From the NCBI GenBank assembly GCA_002377585.1, contig DFQC01000051.1, forward strand, positions 7,211-71,210: a stretch of 64,000 nt of DNA. Reading direction: 5' to 3'. The notes beneath the pieces are model-generated. The model was given only the letters and a program-made list of their open reading frames with translations, searched no databases and was not told the DNA's origin. The position numbers were made by a program, and so were the translations under genes. Below are positions 38,643 through 47,807 of this stretch, in pieces; positions within the stretch are counted from its first letter, which is position 1, and every line of letters begins with the position of its first letter. This stretch comes from Anaerolineales bacterium UBA3499. GTDB lineage: Bacteria > Chloroflexota > Anaerolineae > Anaerolineales > UBA11657.

Positions 38643-39509
38643 TTGCTGAGATTTCATACCAAGTTTTGTATTGGAACAATAATATTACTGGCTGCAGCAT
38701 GTACTAATAGTGTAAGTCAATCAGAAAGCTCTACTTCTAGCCAGGGTGAAGAAGCAACCACTACAAGTGATGTTGATGCACTTAAGATTTCCGAAATCGC
38801 TACTGTGGAAAAATTCTCTGAAGCCTCCACATACCCTACCAAGGATATATCTGAAACTGTTGAGAAAGAAAGTAAGGCTTTGCCAACGGATATTCCTCCA
38901 ACTCCAATAACAAACTTAAGTCCCACTCTGTCACCAACGCCTACTTCAAACACAGAGACGGTGGCTTCAGTTTTGTATATTATTGATCAATCCCAATCAA
39001 ATGTCACCTATGGTGTGGGTGAAACATTCCTCAATCAAAACAACCGATACAATTATGCCGAAGGTGTAACAAACATTGTTTCAGGTGATATAACAGTAAA
39101 CTTCACCGAACCTACTTTGAGCTCAGTGGGAGACATAACAGTTGACATTAGAGCCTTTCAAAGCGACAAAACACGTCGAGATAACGCAATTCGTGATCGC
39201 TGGTTAGAAAGTAATAAATTTCCTATAGCAGTATTTACTCCAACGCAATTAAAAGGATTGCCCAAGGAATACATACAAGGGGACAAAGTAGATTTTGAAA
39301 TAGATGGCAATTTATCAGTGCGCGATACGGTCATACCAACTTCGTTCTCGGTGACATTAACTGTAAAGGATGGTGAAATGTTGGGACAAGCTTCTACAAG
39401 ACTTCTGATGACTGATTTTGGCTTTGATCCTCCTGAGATCTCGGGTATTCTGAAGGCTGAAAATGAAGTTGATATAACGTTTATATTTCTAGCACGTGCT
39501 GAAAATTAA
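38643..39509 (+). CDS. YceI-family (polyisoprenoid-binding) lipoprotein
   Basis: GGAGG SD with TTG start; lipobox LAAA-C; S/T/P/E-rich linker; RRDNAIR...LESNKFP and GNLSVRDTV, TDFGFDPP YceI motifs. Confidence 0.85.
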   Translation: MLRFHTKFCIGTIILLAAACTNSVSQSESSTSSQGEEATTTSDVDALKISEIATVEKFSEASTYPTKDISETVEKESKALPTDIPPTPITNLSPTLSPTPTSNTETVASVLYIIDQSQSNVTYGVGETFLNQNNRYNYAEGVTNIVSGDITVNFTEPTLSSVGDITVDIRAFQSDKTRRDNAIRDRWLESNKFPIAVFTPTQLKGLPKEYIQGDKVDFEIDGNLSVRDTVIPTSFSVTLTVKDGEMLGQASTRLLMTDFGFDPPEISGILKAENEVDITFIFLARAEN

Positions 39510-39546
39510 ATAAAACGGGATGTGTCCTTATGCTACACACATCCCG
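39508..39546 (-). terminator. Intrinsic terminator downstream of nrdJ
   Basis: 10 bp stem CGGGATGTGT/ACACATCCCG with 11 nt loop, followed on the minus strand by TTTTATTT. Confidence 0.75.
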
Positions 39547-39602
39547 CCACAAATTTGTTGTCACTTCAATATGACAATATTGTTTTGTTTAAAATTATAT
39601 GG

Positions 39603-42149
39603 TCAGCATTCACTATAACTACATGCGTAACACTTCCGACAACCCTCTTCATTGACTACAGCTGCCTCTCCACATTCCGGACAAAGTGCACCAAATTGAA
39701 ATGTTAGTTGTTCTTGTTCTTCTCCATTTGCATAAAAATCATTAGTTAAATCACTATTATTTGTTAGATTGATGTCAAGTTTGTCGTCCAAATAACCACG
39801 TAGAGCTCTAGCAACACCGTCTGGCAAGGACCTCACTCTGTTTGGCCCAAACCCTAGCGATCTACTTCCTCCAATTCCTTCTAACTGTCTTGCCAATTCC
39901 TCCAAACGCACCTGAGGTACTATTGGTGATGAAATACGCAACACATATGATATCAGGCGACCCATAGCCTCAGAAATAGCAGAGGTTTCACTGCCTGCCT
40001 TAGCAGTACTTACAAATGCCTCAAAAGGTTCATTGGAACCATTTTCATTTATTGTAATAAATGATTTACCTAAAGGAGTGTCTACTTGATAAGTGGCTCC
40101 ATGTAGTCTTGTAGGCCGTGATTTTTTTGATTCTGGGAACAGTTGCTGATCGGGCTGCTGTAAATTGCCATCGGATGGACTAGATTGTGTTTCAGATAAA
40201 TCCAATGCTTCAGTAGCACCTTCAGCAGTATTGTTTGTCTCTAATACAACCTTTTCCCTGCTTCCAGTGACATATACAGTAAGACCCTTGCAACCCATTT
40301 TCCAACCTAAGGAATAAGCTTCCGCCACATCTTCTTCGGTAGCATCTTGTGGAAAATTACAAGTTTTAGATAGACTATTATCCACAAATGCCTGAAGATT
40401 AGCCTGCATACGTACATGTTGTTTAGCCGTTATGTCTTGGGACACAACAAAGGTATCACGGATATGTTGAGGTACTTGATCAATAGTCTGACATGATCCA
40501 GACCTTGTTACTTTACTAATAATTTCACTACGCTCATTCTCATCCAAACCAGCTGAAATCAAAGATTCTTCGAATCTCGGGCTTGCATACTCTAGCTTGA
40601 GATCTTGACCCTTATCATTCACATGTCTCAAATAAGCAAGCGCAAATACTGGCTCACAACCGTAAGCTTCACATCCTGCAACGGTAGCAATTGTACCAGT
40701 AGGAGCTATGGTAGTTTGCGCAGCATTTCTTATGCCATGTTCACATATCCCATCTACAATAGTCTCCCAATTTATTTTTGGTCGACCAAAATCTCGAATA
40801 TAATCTTTAATAGGTTGGGGTGGTGTCCAGGTCATTTCATCTGGGTCATATATACTTCCACGAATTGCCAGGAATGGTCCTCTCTGCTCTGAAAGTTCTA
40901 TACTGGTGAGCATACAGTGATACCGTACAAACTCCATTACTTGACTAGCAAATTCCTCGGACTCCTCAGAACCATACCGAATGTTCATATGGTACATCAA
41001 GTCTCCCAGCCCCATAATACCCAGTCCTATACGTCGAGCTTGCAGTGCTGCTTCACGTAACTGAGGCACATTGGATACATAGGCATTGGCCGTAACCACA
41101 TTGTCAAGAAAACGTGTTGAATATGCAATTGTATCTGCCAAACCGATCCAATCTACTGTACCTTCCGGACCACAATGCTGAGCTAGGTTTATAGATCCGA
41201 GACAACAATTCTCATAAGGTCCAAGAAATTGCTCGCCACAAGGATTAGTGGATTCTAACTGATATAGGTGAGGTAAAGGATTTTGACGATTTGCAGCATC
41301 TAAAAACAGTACCCCTGGCTCGCCATTGTGATGTGCATATTTAACAATAGCATCGAACAATTCTCGAGCCTGTACAGTTTTTGTAGTTTCACCGGTTTGA
41401 GGATGAACAAGATCGAATGATTTATCATTATCTACAGCAGTCATGAAATCATCAGTGACACCAACAGATATATTAAAATTGGTAATCTGGTTTTCGTCAG
41501 TTTTACAAGTGATGAAATCATATATATCTGGATGATCCACTCTCAAAACTGCCATGTTTGCTCCACGACGAGTGCCACCCTGAGCAATCTCACCGAATGC
41601 TCTATCATATACGCGCAAAAAACCTACTGGGCCTGTTGCCTCACCAGCAGATGATTTGACTATTGATCCTCTAGGACGCAGATTTGAAAATGAAAATCCA
41701 TTGCCTCCGCCTGTTTGTTGGATCAATGCAGCATCTCGTAGGGTCTGAAAAATTCCAGCAGAATCACCACCCATATCATCTGATATTGGAAGTACGAAAC
41801 AGGCTGCTAACTGACCTAGCGGAGTACCTGCTCCTGTGAACGTAGGTGAATTTGGCAAAAATCGTAATTCAGTCAGGAGTTGATAGAATTCTTCGGCTAT
41901 ATTATCAGGATCAGACTCAAAATCCTGCTCTGCAAGAGCCACATTATACGCAACTCTCCAAAACATTTCTTCTATTGTTTCAATAGGGTTACCGTCATCA
42001 CCACGTCGCAAATACCGTTTTTCTAGCACCACTTGCGCATTTTCTGTTAGCATGTTAACTGGTCGTAGATGATAATTATTATCTGGTTGACTAACATCAT
42101 TTTCATTTCCTATCTTATATTCTGAAGACGTCTTCCCAGTTTCAATCAT
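39603..42149 (-). CDS. nrdJ: Class II (adenosylcobalamin-dependent) ribonucleotide reductase with C-terminal TSCPD-like/zinc-ribbon region
   Basis: [46 protein letters not shown]...CYACSYSEC; SD GAGGAG favours ATG 42149 over TTG 42155. Confidence 0.93.
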   Translation of the reverse strand: MIETGKTSSEYKIGNENDVSQPDNNYHLRPVNMLTENAQVVLEKRYLRRGDDGNPIETIEEMFWRVAYNVALAEQDFESDPDNIAEEFYQLLTELRFLPNSPTFTGAGTPLGQLAACFVLPISDDMGGDSAGIFQTLRDAALIQQTGGGNGFSFSNLRPRGSIVKSSAGEATGPVGFLRVYDRAFGEIAQGGTRRGANMAVLRVDHPDIYDFITCKTDENQITNFNISVGVTDDFMTAVDNDKSFDLVHPQTGETTKTVQARELFDAIVKYAHHNGEPGVLFLDAANRQNPLPHLYQLESTNPCGEQFLGPYENCCLGSINLAQHCGPEGTVDWIGLADTIAYSTRFLDNVVTANAYVSNVPQLREAALQARRIGLGIMGLGDLMYHMNIRYGSEESEEFASQVMEFVRYHCMLTSIELSEQRGPFLAIRGSIYDPDEMTWTPPQPIKDYIRDFGRPKINWETIVDGICEHGIRNAAQTTIAPTGTIATVAGCEAYGCEPVFALAYLRHVNDKGQDLKLEYASPRFEESLISAGLDENERSEIISKVTRSGSCQTIDQVPQHIRDTFVVSQDITAKQHVRMQANLQAFVDNSLSKTCNFPQDATEEDVAEAYSLGWKMGCKGLTVYVTGSREKVVLETNNTAEGATEALDLSETQSSPSDGNLQQPDQQLFPESKKSRPTRLHGATYQVDTPLGKSFITINENGSNEPFEAFVSTAKAGSETSAISEAMGRLISYVLRISSPIVPQVRLEELARQLEGIGGSRSLGFGPNRVRSLPDGVARALRGYLDDKLDINLTNNSDLTNDFYANGEEQEQLTFQFGALCPECGEAAVVNEEGCRKCYACSYSEC

Positions 42150-42170
42150 TGCCAATCTCCTCTGACCTGC

Positions 42171-42617
42171 CTAAACCAATAATCTATCAATTTCTTCTCG
42201 CACAGATTGCAAATCACTTAGGCCAAGATAAACAATCGCATAACGTATGTATGCAATCTGATCCAATAATTTCAATCCCTCTATCACTATATCACCTACA
42301 ACACGACTTGAAATTTCTGTTTTACCCATATCTAATAGTCTGCTTTCTGTTTCTCCAACTAGCCTAGTTATATCTGAACTAGCAACTGGCCTTTTTGCGC
42401 ATGCGACACGTATACCGTCCTCTAGTTTCTCTCGATCAAAATCCTCACGCCTTCCATCTTCTTTTATCAGGTAAGGCAAGGTCTGAGCAGCTCTTTCATA
42501 TGTAGTATATCTATCACCACAACTTTTACATTTTCTCCTACGCCGCACTCCCCCTTTAGACCCATGATCAGTATCTATTACTCTAGATTTATCGGAGCCA
42601 CAAAATGGACATTTCAT
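42171..42617 (-). CDS. nrdR: Transcriptional repressor NrdR
   Basis: MKCPFCG...RRRRKCKSCGDRYTTYE, ATP cone, AYIRYAIVY. Confidence 0.97.
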   Translation of the reverse strand: MKCPFCGSDKSRVIDTDHGSKGGVRRRRKCKSCGDRYTTYERAAQTLPYLIKEDGRREDFDREKLEDGIRVACAKRPVASSDITRLVGETESRLLDMGKTEISSRVVGDIVIEGLKLLDQIAYIRYAIVYLGLSDLQSVREEIDRLLV

Positions 42618-42670
42618 TATGCGACTTTTATATACTATAAACCTGCAAGAACCAAACTAGTCATAACAAA

Positions 42671-42716
42671 ACACCATATGTATGCATATTGGCATCCTAT
42701 ACCCGTTATATCGGGT
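42671..42716. promoter_or_regulatory. Candidate tandem NrdR boxes
   Basis: ACACCATATGTATGCA (42671-42686) and palindromic ACCCGTTATATCGGGT (42701-42716) each match about 10-11 of 16 positions of acaCwAtATaTwGtgt; 30 bp apart. Confidence 0.4.
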
Positions 42717-42922
42717 AGAACAAAGGCAGTCTATCATGTACTTTGGTTTTTTCACAGCACGTCCTCGTAAGTTTTAACCTTAAATTTTTCTATGGCATAT
42801 ACCGATTGATCATCCACATACAATATGGTCTGGTAGTAGATTACCTATGCGCAATTTACCATCATGATCCACACTCAAAACAAGACAATCTAATCGCTTC
42901 ACCAGACATATGGAACATTATG

Positions 42923-44107
42923 TCAAGAGCGACGTCGTAAAAATGCGGGCACGTCTAAGGAACTCGGATCAAACGCTTTATCCATAAGATCAGAAGATTT
43001 ATATGTGCTCTGACTCATTTGCATAGCCTCGGTGCCCACCTCAGCTTCTACATCTACTGTTTCGACTTTTTCTAAATTGGCATCAGATTCAGTATTTGCT
43101 GTTTGGGTAGCTGACATCTTTTCGTAATAATCAAGTGCTCTTGTGCGCATACTTCCACCCCGGTCAAATCCAGTTGCTATAACAGTCATCCTAATTTCAT
43201 CACCCAAAGTAGGATCGACTACTGCCCCAAAGATTAAGTTCACGTCTGGGTGCGCAGTCTCCTTTATAATTGCAGCTGCTTGGTTGACCTCATACAAACT
43301 AAGATCCGGACCTCCTGTAACATTAAATAAGATCCCACGAGCTCCGTCAATACTAATGTCGAGCAGTTGACTATTTATGGCGTCCTCTGCAGCAAACCTA
43401 GCCCTATCCTCTCCAGAGCCACTACCAACTGCCATAAGTGCGGCACCACCCTCAGCCATAATTGTTTTGACATCAGCAAAATCGAGATTAATAAGTCCAG
43501 GCACTGTGATCAATTCTGAAATACCCTGAACTCCCTGATGAAGCACACCATCTGCCTCCTTCAGAGAATCATATAACGAGGCATCCTTATCAACTAATTG
43601 CAGTAACCTATCATTAGGAATCACAATCAAAGTATCTGCCTTGCTTTTTAGATGTTGTATACCGTCCTCTGCTAGTTGAGCTCTACGAGACCCCTCAAAA
43701 GTAAAAGGACGCGTGACAACACCAATTGTTAGTGTTCTCATATCTTTTGCAATCTGAGCGATGATGGGCGCAGCTCCAGTACCAGTACCTCCACCCATTC
43801 CAGCGGTAATAAAAATCATATCAGCGCCTTTAAGTACATCGCTCAATTCATCAGCAGATTCTTCTGCAGCTTTAGCTCCAATTTCAGGATTGCCGCCTGC
43901 TCCTAATCCTCGTGTTAACTTAGGTCCAATTCGTACTCGACATGTAGCTTCAGACTGAAGCAAAGCCTGAGCATCTGTATTAACTGCAATAAATTCAACA
44001 CCCTGTAAACCATCCGCAATCATACGATTTACAGCATTGGTCCCGCCTCCTCCCACGCCAACTACTTTGATTCTTGCAAATGTTTCTGTCTGTGGTGATG
44101 GTTTCAT
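42923..44107 (-). CDS. ftsZ: Cell division protein FtsZ (frame stays open upstream to 44278)
   Basis: [33 protein letters not shown]-terminal LDVPAFLRR; AGGAGG SD before ATG 44107. Confidence 0.98.
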   Translation of the reverse strand: MKPSPQTETFARIKVVGVGGGGTNAVNRMIADGLQGVEFIAVNTDAQALLQSEATCRVRIGPKLTRGLGAGGNPEIGAKAAEESADELSDVLKGADMIFITAGMGGGTGTGAAPIIAQIAKDMRTLTIGVVTRPFTFEGSRRAQLAEDGIQHLKSKADTLIVIPNDRLLQLVDKDASLYDSLKEADGVLHQGVQGISELITVPGLINLDFADVKTIMAEGGAALMAVGSGSGEDRARFAAEDAINSQLLDISIDGARGILFNVTGGPDLSLYEVNQAAAIIKETAHPDVNLIFGAVVDPTLGDEIRMTVIATGFDRGGSMRTRALDYYEKMSATQTANTESDANLEKVETVDVEAEVGTEAMQMSQSTYKSSDLMDKAFDPSSLDVPAFLRRRS

Positions 44108-44424
44108 GCGAATAGACCTCCTATCCTGCTGAGAACTATGTCTAATAGTTCCAGAACCTCTTTGTTGATTTTCTTGTTGCTGATCAGTCCGAATTGACGG
44201 AGCTACAAAGTCTGCAGTTTTGCTATTACTGGTTGAGTCTTTATCTATATTTGACATTCTACCTTGTTCCATTTCCATTGAAATTCCACCTACCTTTTAT
44301 ACCTCTATTGATGTTAGATATATTATGATTGTACTAGGCCTCTTAATTGTTTTACCACGCCTCGTTCTTTCCTACAACAAGCTCACATCATTTTCAAATC
44401 ACGCAAACGCAAGATTTTACGGCA

Positions 44425-45690
44425 CTAGGGAGTTAGACGTTTAGCCCAATCCTTAATTACTCCCCACATTTTTTGACTCGATCCAGGACCTGTTTTGTAA
44501 TGTCCATTTTCAGAATGACCATTGATACTAACTCCATGAAAAGTGCCAGATTCACGGGCTGCCCAGTTTAGCAGTCCAACACTAGTCGCAAATTCGGGAC
44601 CTTGTAATTGATCAACGAGACCATGCAAGTTGCTGGGTTCAGATACTCGTACTGGCAACCCTAAAGACCCGGTGGCCAATTGCCTAAATCCTGCTAAACG
44701 TGATGTGCCTCCAGTCAACACAACACCAGCTGGTAGCAAGCTATCATAACCAGAACGCTTAACTTCTTTGAGCAATAAATCAAAAATCTCTTCGGCACGA
44801 GCTTCAACAACATCTGCCAATTTAGACCTGCTAATCTCTATAGGTTGGTCATGTCCAAACGGATTTGCGCGGAAAACCTCGCTACTGTCTACTTCCTGAG
44901 TGCAAGCGTGTCCATGTGCGATCTTTACCTCTTCAGCAGCTGCTGCAGGTAGACGAAGCCCATGGGCGACATCAGCAGTGATATTGTTGCCTCCAACAGG
45001 TAACACTGCAGTATGCCAAACATTTCCTTCTATAAAAATCGCAACGTCCATAGTACCACCACCAACATCGCACGAAACAACGCCTAGGTCACGCTCGGTA
45101 TCGGTGAGCGATGCCTCCGAGGCAGCTAATGGATTTAGAACGAACTGTTCTACCACAACACCAGCATCCTCTATACACTGTGATAAGTTCTTAACTGTTG
45201 TGCTAGCCGCTGTGATTATGTGAGCTTCAACCTCTAAACGAAATCCATGCATTCCTAGAGGCATACGTATACCCTCTTGACCATCAACTATAAAATTACG
45301 TGGGATTATGTGCAGTACTTCCCGGTTATGAGGTATAACTATTGCTCTCGCAGCATCTAATGCGCGATCGATATCATCTTGAGTAATAATACTTTCGCCC
45401 GATATTCCAACCACACCGTGACTGTTGATCGCATCTATGTGTGCTCCAGCTATACTTACAAATGCACTATCGATTTCATAACCAGCTGACCGCTCTGCTG
45501 CTTCCACAGCTTCACGAATAGACATTTGAGCCTCTTCCATATTCACTACTACACCCCTTCTTAGACCTTTTGAAGGAGCTACTCCAACTCCAAGAATTTC
45601 ATAATCATCACTATCCAACAACTCGGCTACCAGGACACACACCTTAGTGGTGCCAACATCAATTGCAGTAATTAACTTAGTGTTAGTCAT
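44425..45690 (-). CDS. ftsA: Cell division protein FtsA
   Basis: IDVGTTKV, GLRRGVVVN, DVGGGT, GVVLTGG, FATSVGL. Confidence 0.96.
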   Translation of the reverse strand: MTNTKLITAIDVGTTKVCVLVAELLDSDDYEILGVGVAPSKGLRRGVVVNMEEAQMSIREAVEAAERSAGYEIDSAFVSIAGAHIDAINSHGVVGISGESIITQDDIDRALDAARAIVIPHNREVLHIIPRNFIVDGQEGIRMPLGMHGFRLEVEAHIITAASTTVKNLSQCIEDAGVVVEQFVLNPLAASEASLTDTERDLGVVSCDVGGGTMDVAIFIEGNVWHTAVLPVGGNNITADVAHGLRLPAAAAEEVKIAHGHACTQEVDSSEVFRANPFGHDQPIEISRSKLADVVEARAEEIFDLLLKEVKRSGYDSLLPAGVVLTGGTSRLAGFRQLATGSLGLPVRVSEPSNLHGLVDQLQGPEFATSVGLLNWAARESGTFHGVSINGHSENGHYKTGPGSSQKMWGVIKDWAKRLTP

Positions 45691-45737
45691 AGCATACCTT
45701 TTGTACTGTTCTTAAAAATGAATCACTATAATCAATT

Positions 45738-46661
45738 TTATTCCCGATGAAATGGTGTACCCGGCTCCACCACACTAATCACCTTAGGCCATATACCTCG
45801 GCTCATTAAATTTTCTATAAGAGTTTCATATACCAAAAGTTTTGTCCCCATGTTGTTACCAGTACCAAAATAACCTCGCCAGTCTCTACCATCTTGGTAG
45901 GAAAGGCCTTGACCTATATCATAGTGTAGCAATTCTATATTCGGTCTCAAGGTCTTCAATTGACGAGCACCTTCCAACACATCAATGGGAATCTGCTCAT
46001 CAATGCCTAGAGGCTCTGTAGCATCATCAACCGTAATAGGCAGAAGCCAATTCAAATGCTGACGCGCTGGGAAAGTCTTACCATACTCATCAACCCAAAC
46101 CGATTTCCCTGCCTGCTTCCATAAAATAATTGGCTCTTTTTCTGTAACCTCTACATACAATGTTGCGGGCCATTCAAATTCCACAACCGCATTTTTAACA
46201 CCTGGAATACTCGCTATTTTAGATTCTACAGCAGCAGGATTAATCCAAAACACATTCATTCCATGCACACCGGAAGCACGATATATCTCGTCTCCGGGAA
46301 CATACTTGGTGCTTACAAGTTCTATAGAGTCGACAAAGAAATTCTCATTTGTTACAACATGACCCAGCAATAATCCAAACAGAGTGATAATGCCCATGCT
46401 TGCAAAACGCCACCCTACTCGATCAAGCAATATAGAAATCTTAAAGGATTTTATCTTACCAGTACGTCTAGCAAAAGCGTTTTTTTCAACTTTTATTCTA
46501 TTTCCATTCCGTATACGCCTTTTATTAATCTTTCGTTTCTTGCGAGCTTCGTCAAGATCACGTGGGGTACGTGATATTGGCATAGTCGTCACTCTAGCAG
46601 AAGACTGGGTGACATTGACCCGTCGAAGAAAAGACGGAGTTAAATTTCGTAATACGCTCAA
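45738..46661 (-). CDS. ftsQ: FtsQ/DivIB-like protein
   Basis: Basic N-terminus, single TM helix, POTRA-like NVFWINPAAVESKIASIPGVKNAVV...WPATLYVEVTE; position between ddl and ftsA. Confidence 0.85.
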   Translation of the reverse strand: MSVLRNLTPSFLRRVNVTQSSARVTTMPISRTPRDLDEARKKRKINKRRIRNGNRIKVEKNAFARRTGKIKSFKISILLDRVGWRFASMGIITLFGLLLGHVVTNENFFVDSIELVSTKYVPGDEIYRASGVHGMNVFWINPAAVESKIASIPGVKNAVVEFEWPATLYVEVTEKEPIILWKQAGKSVWVDEYGKTFPARQHLNWLLPITVDDATEPLGIDEQIPIDVLEGARQLKTLRPNIELLHYDIGQGLSYQDGRDWRGYFGTGNNMGTKLLVYETLIENLMSRGIWPKVISVVEPGTPFHRE

Positions 46662-47791
46662 TGTAATACCTCAAAAGATCTTTCTATAGCATCACGCTGT
46701 TCTTTCCTCTCTAGTGCTAGTTCAATTAGTTTGTCTATAAGTTCAGGATACTCAATCCCAGAAGCCTGCCACAATTTAGGATACATGCTAATGCTTGTAA
46801 AACCAGGTATGGTATTAAGTTCATTGATCCATACTTTCCCACTTGATTTGTCTAGCAGAAAATCTACACGAGCCATACCAGAACAATCAACCGCTTTATA
46901 GGCAGCAATGGCCATCTCCTGGATACTTACTAGTTGATCAGGACTTATTGGCGCTGGAATAATCAATTCTGAGTCAGCAGAAACATATTTGGCATCGTAA
47001 TCATAAAAGTCTCTCTGTGGAACCACCTCTCCTGCAATAGATACTTGAGGATTATCATTACCTAAGACACTAACTTCTATTTCACGAGCATCTACACCTT
47101 GTTCTATCACAATTCTTCTATCCCATTTACTGGCTTCGTGGAGACCAGATTCTAATTCCGCAACGTTACTAACTTTTGTTATCCCTACTGAAGAACCCAA
47201 ATTCGCTGGTTTAATGAACACTGGCAGACTCAATCTTTTGATTATTTGATCAACTATTGCTCCAGTGTCACTATGATATTCACTGCGGTTAACAGTAATA
47301 GAGGGCAAAACCGGCAAACCAGCGCTATACATTACAGACTTAAACACCCCTTTATCCATTCCAACAGATGAGCCAACTAGTCCAGAACCTACATACGGTA
47401 TATCAGCGAGTTCTAAAAGTCCTTGGACGGCTCCATCTTCACCAAATGAACCATGGAGTACTGGAAAAACAACATCCAAATCTTCTGTTTTGTTTATGTG
47501 CATAGCCTGATCATTTCTGTCACAAGATATTTGTAGAAGCGAGTTGTTCACCGGATCTATGAGCAGAATAGTATCTGGACACTGCTTTATCGCCTCATCC
47601 CCCTCTTCTAAAGCAGCAAGCGAATTATTACCCCCGATCCATCTCCCGTTCTTAGTTATCCCAATAAGACTAACCACATATTTTTCGTGGTCAATCGCTT
47701 GTAATACAGATCTTGCTGATCTCAAAGACACCTCATGCTCACCCGATCTACCTCCAAATAATATGCCTATGCGCATCTTTTTTATACTCAT
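46658..47791 (-). CDS. ddl: D-alanine--D-alanine ligase
   Basis: LFGGRSGEHEVS, HGSFGEDG, KPANLGSSVG, FYDYDAKY, NELNTIPG. Confidence 0.96.
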   Translation of the reverse strand: MSIKKMRIGILFGGRSGEHEVSLRSARSVLQAIDHEKYVVSLIGITKNGRWIGGNNSLAALEEGDEAIKQCPDTILLIDPVNNSLLQISCDRNDQAMHINKTEDLDVVFPVLHGSFGEDGAVQGLLELADIPYVGSGLVGSSVGMDKGVFKSVMYSAGLPVLPSITVNRSEYHSDTGAIVDQIIKRLSLPVFIKPANLGSSVGITKVSNVAELESGLHEASKWDRRIVIEQGVDAREIEVSVLGNDNPQVSIAGEVVPQRDFYDYDAKYVSADSELIIPAPISPDQLVSIQEMAIAAYKAVDCSGMARVDFLLDKSSGKVWINELNTIPGFTSISMYPKLWQASGIEYPELIDKLIELALERKEQRDAIERSFEVLH

Positions 47792-47807
47792 AAATTAAAA
47801 TATGGTT

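Noticed and set aside
39603-42149. Intein or intron in nrdJ
   Set aside because: Catalytic motifs including TNPCGE are contiguous and the length is normal; no splice-junction or homing endonuclease motifs
46658-47791. D-Ala-D-Lac (vancomycin-resistance type) ligase
   Set aside because: The omega loop reads YDYDAKY with Tyr retained, typical of D-Ala-D-Ala ligases
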